The position numbers were made by a program, and so were the translations under genes. Positions 61,892-64,000 of a DNA stretch of 64,000 bases are shown in pieces (within the stretch, counting starts at the first letter, position 1; each line of letters begins with the position of its first letter). Source of the DNA: an uncultured Arcobacter sp. Lineage in GTDB: Bacteria > Campylobacterota > Campylobacteria > Campylobacterales > Arcobacteraceae. The DNA lies in contig OZ223300.1 of assembly GCA_965140705.1 (NCBI GenBank), forward strand, positions 864,001-928,000. Direction: 5' to 3'. The notes under the pieces are model-generated. The model had not been told where the DNA came from, did not search any database, and was given only the letters and a program-made list of their open reading frames with translations.

Positions 61892-62925
61892 ATCTCCTTT
61901 ATTATATTTTTAATTTTCTCATTTGTTATTTTATCTAAAATTCTATGCTCAATTGCCTCAAGCATCATTTTCGAAGCTTGTTTTCTTGATAAGCCTCTTG
62001 ATTGTAAATAGTATAAAATATTTTCATCCAAACTACCTGTTGTTGCCCCATGACTTGCCGTTAATTCATCAATAAATATCTCAAGTCTTGGATTTGCATT
62101 TATCGTGGCATCATCACCTAAAAGTGTTGTTTGGGAGTTTTGTATTACACTTGAATTATTTGCTTCATTATTTACTCTAGCTTTTACTTCAAATATTCCA
62201 TGGGAATTTTCATCTAAAATATGGTTTGCCTTTACACTACTTGAGCTACTTTTAGCATTGTGAATTGTACTTACTATATTTGCTATTTCTTGTTTTTGTG
62301 CAATATTTGTTAAAGCTTCCATGTCAAAACTTGAATTCAAAAAGTTTAAATTTATATCAAACTGATTGTAAGCATTTAATGCTCCAAAATTAAAATTAAA
62401 AAATTTTAACTTTGAATCTTCACGAATGATAGGATTAAACTTAATACTTAAAAAGTCTTCCAAAGAGAGTTTTTGTAAATATACATACTCTACATTTGAT
62501 GAATTATTTATATCAAAATCTCTTTTTTGATTTATGAAGTTTTGTCTGTTATTTGAGATAAATAACTCAAATATTGTAACATCACTATTTTTATCAACTA
62601 TATATTTTAAATCTTTTTCAAAAATTGTACTTTCATCATCATAATAGTTTAGTATTACTATTGGATTTTTGCACTCTTTATTTATAATTATTGTATTCTC
62701 TTCAAGAGTTATATTGTCAATTAAATTTTGTTCTTTTATTTTCTCATTTGCAAAAAAGATTGTATTAAAATCTCCAAGTTTTAAAAAATCAAAATCAAAA
62801 CTTGACACATCTTTAAAACTATTTTCTTTAAATTCTAGTTCAGTGATATTTTTAACATTACACTTTCTAAACTCTTCAATTTTTTTATTTGCAATTGGGA
62901 AGTTTTTGATATCTAAATTTCTCAT
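61888..62925 (-). CDS. sufD: SufD
   Basis: PRLEIFIDELTASHGATTG, YYLQSRGL; lies between sufC and sufS. Confidence 0.88.
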   Translation of the reverse strand: MRNLDIKNFPIANKKIEEFRKCNVKNITELEFKENSFKDVSSFDFDFLKLGDFNTIFFANEKIKEQNLIDNITLEENTIIINKECKNPIVILNYYDDESTIFEKDLKYIVDKNSDVTIFELFISNNRQNFINQKRDFDINNSSNVEYVYLQKLSLEDFLSIKFNPIIREDSKLKFFNFNFGALNAYNQFDINLNFLNSSFDMEALTNIAQKQEIANIVSTIHNAKSSSSSVKANHILDENSHGIFEVKARVNNEANNSSVIQNSQTTLLGDDATINANPRLEIFIDELTASHGATTGSLDENILYYLQSRGLSRKQASKMMLEAIEHRILDKITNEKIKNIIKEI

Positions 62926-62926
62926 A

Positions 62927-63667
62927 TTACACTCCTATTGCTTCGTAACCTTTTTCTTGAATAGTCTCTGCCAATGAATAATCACCACTTTGAATAATTT
63001 TTCCATCTTTTAAAACATGTACAAAATCAGGTTTTATTGCTTCTAATAATTTATCATAATGTGTTATCATTAATACTGATCTATTACCATCAAGAAGTGA
63101 GTTTATACCATTTGCCACAAGTTTTATAGCATCTACATCTAATCCTGAGTCAATTTCATCAAGTAAAATTAAATCAGGTTTTAAAACCAATAGTTGCAAT
63201 AATTCATTTCTTTTTTTCTCACCACCACTAAAACCAGCATTTAGATCTCTTTTTAAAATCTTATTATCAATCCCAAATTCGGCTGTGATTGATTTTACCT
63301 CTTTTAGGAAACTAGCAGCATCAAGTTCTTCTAAACCTTGATACTCTCTTTTTGCATTAAGAGCTGATTTTAAAAAGTACATATTATTTACACCAGGAAC
63401 TTCAATAGGATTTTGAAAAGATAAAAATAGACCTTCATTTGCTCTTTCACTTGCATCAAGTTCTAATAAATTTTTACCATTGAATTCTACACTTCCTGAT
63501 GTTACTTCACATTCATAGTGGTCACATAAAGCTTTTACAATAGTTGATTTTCCAGCTCCATTTATTCCCATTAAAGCGTGAATTTCACCTTTTTTTATCT
63601 CTAAATTAAAATCTTTTATTATTTCATTATCTTCTATTTTTACATTTAAATTTTTTACTTTTAACAT
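62927..63667 (-). CDS. sufC: SufC ATPase
   Basis: GINGAGKST, FQNPIEVPGV, GFSGGEKKRNE, LDEIDSGLD; start reset to ATG 63667. Confidence 0.96.
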   Translation of the reverse strand: MLKVKNLNVKIEDNEIIKDFNLEIKKGEIHALMGINGAGKSTIVKALCDHYECEVTSGSVEFNGKNLLELDASERANEGLFLSFQNPIEVPGVNNMYFLKSALNAKREYQGLEELDAASFLKEVKSITAEFGIDNKILKRDLNAGFSGGEKKRNELLQLLVLKPDLILLDEIDSGLDVDAIKLVANGINSLLDGNRSVLMITHYDKLLEAIKPDFVHVLKDGKIIQSGDYSLAETIQEKGYEAIGV

Positions 63668-63794
63668 TTTACTTCCTTTAAAAATGTCCCATTTTTTAAG
63701 GGAACCTTTTTTTATATAATTTCTTTTATCGGTATGGTAAAGCCACAACTAAAGAAACAAACCCTAAAGGAGACAACGAGTTGTCTTCTCTTCT

Positions 63795-64000
63795 TTAACC
63801 AACACTACCTTCAAGTGAGATATTTAATAACTCTCTAGCTTCAACTGCAAACTCCATTGGAAGTTCATCAAGTACCTCTTTACAAAAACCATTTACTATT
63901 AAAGATACAGCATTTTCTTCACTTAAGCCCCTTTGTCTTATGTAAAAGAGTTGTTCATCAGATATTCTTGAGGTTGTAGCCTCATGCTCTATTTTTGAAC
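63795..64000 (-). CDS. sufB: SufB, C-terminal part cut by the window edge
   Basis: Own translation: [67 protein letters not shown]. Confidence 0.95.
   Translation of the reverse strand, partial: SKIEHEATTSRISDEQLFYIRQRGLSEENAVSLIVNGFCKEVLDELPMEFAVEARELLNISLEGSVG

Overview
A very AT-rich 64-kb stretch of core and accessory chromosome from a Campylobacterota bacterium, most like an Arcobacteraceae member. The assignment rests on a stand-alone atpE with a signal-peptide-like extension, proC-pseudopilin/bamD-lon synteny and many chemoreceptors and c-di-GMP proteins. In order it carries a TetR-regulated RND efflux system, metAA, an orphan RND permease, lapD/lapG, rdgB, three pseudopilins behind proC, bamD-lon, dinB, a four-gene RimK/peptidase operon, lemA-TPM-TPM, tRNA-Leu(GAG), marR-SDR, atpE, a PAS-GGDEF-EAL protein, a two-component pair, three chemoreceptors, a PCuAC/SCO copper cluster, nhaA, a Fur/Zur-family regulator with a ZnuA-like and a ZevAB-like fusion gene, selO, yceI, a diguanylate cyclase broken by a 16-bp tandem duplication, doxX, two paralogous small membrane proteins and the distal suf operon. 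I saw no CRISPR array, IS, integrase or prophage. The clearest sequence-level oddities are the revertible cyclase frameshift, a CGxGKCG tail on PCuAC, an ABC-less zinc-uptake unit with twin palindromes, a structured atpE leader, two probable non-AUG starts and three probable leaderless genes. All calls come from motif recognition by eye; no database searches were run.
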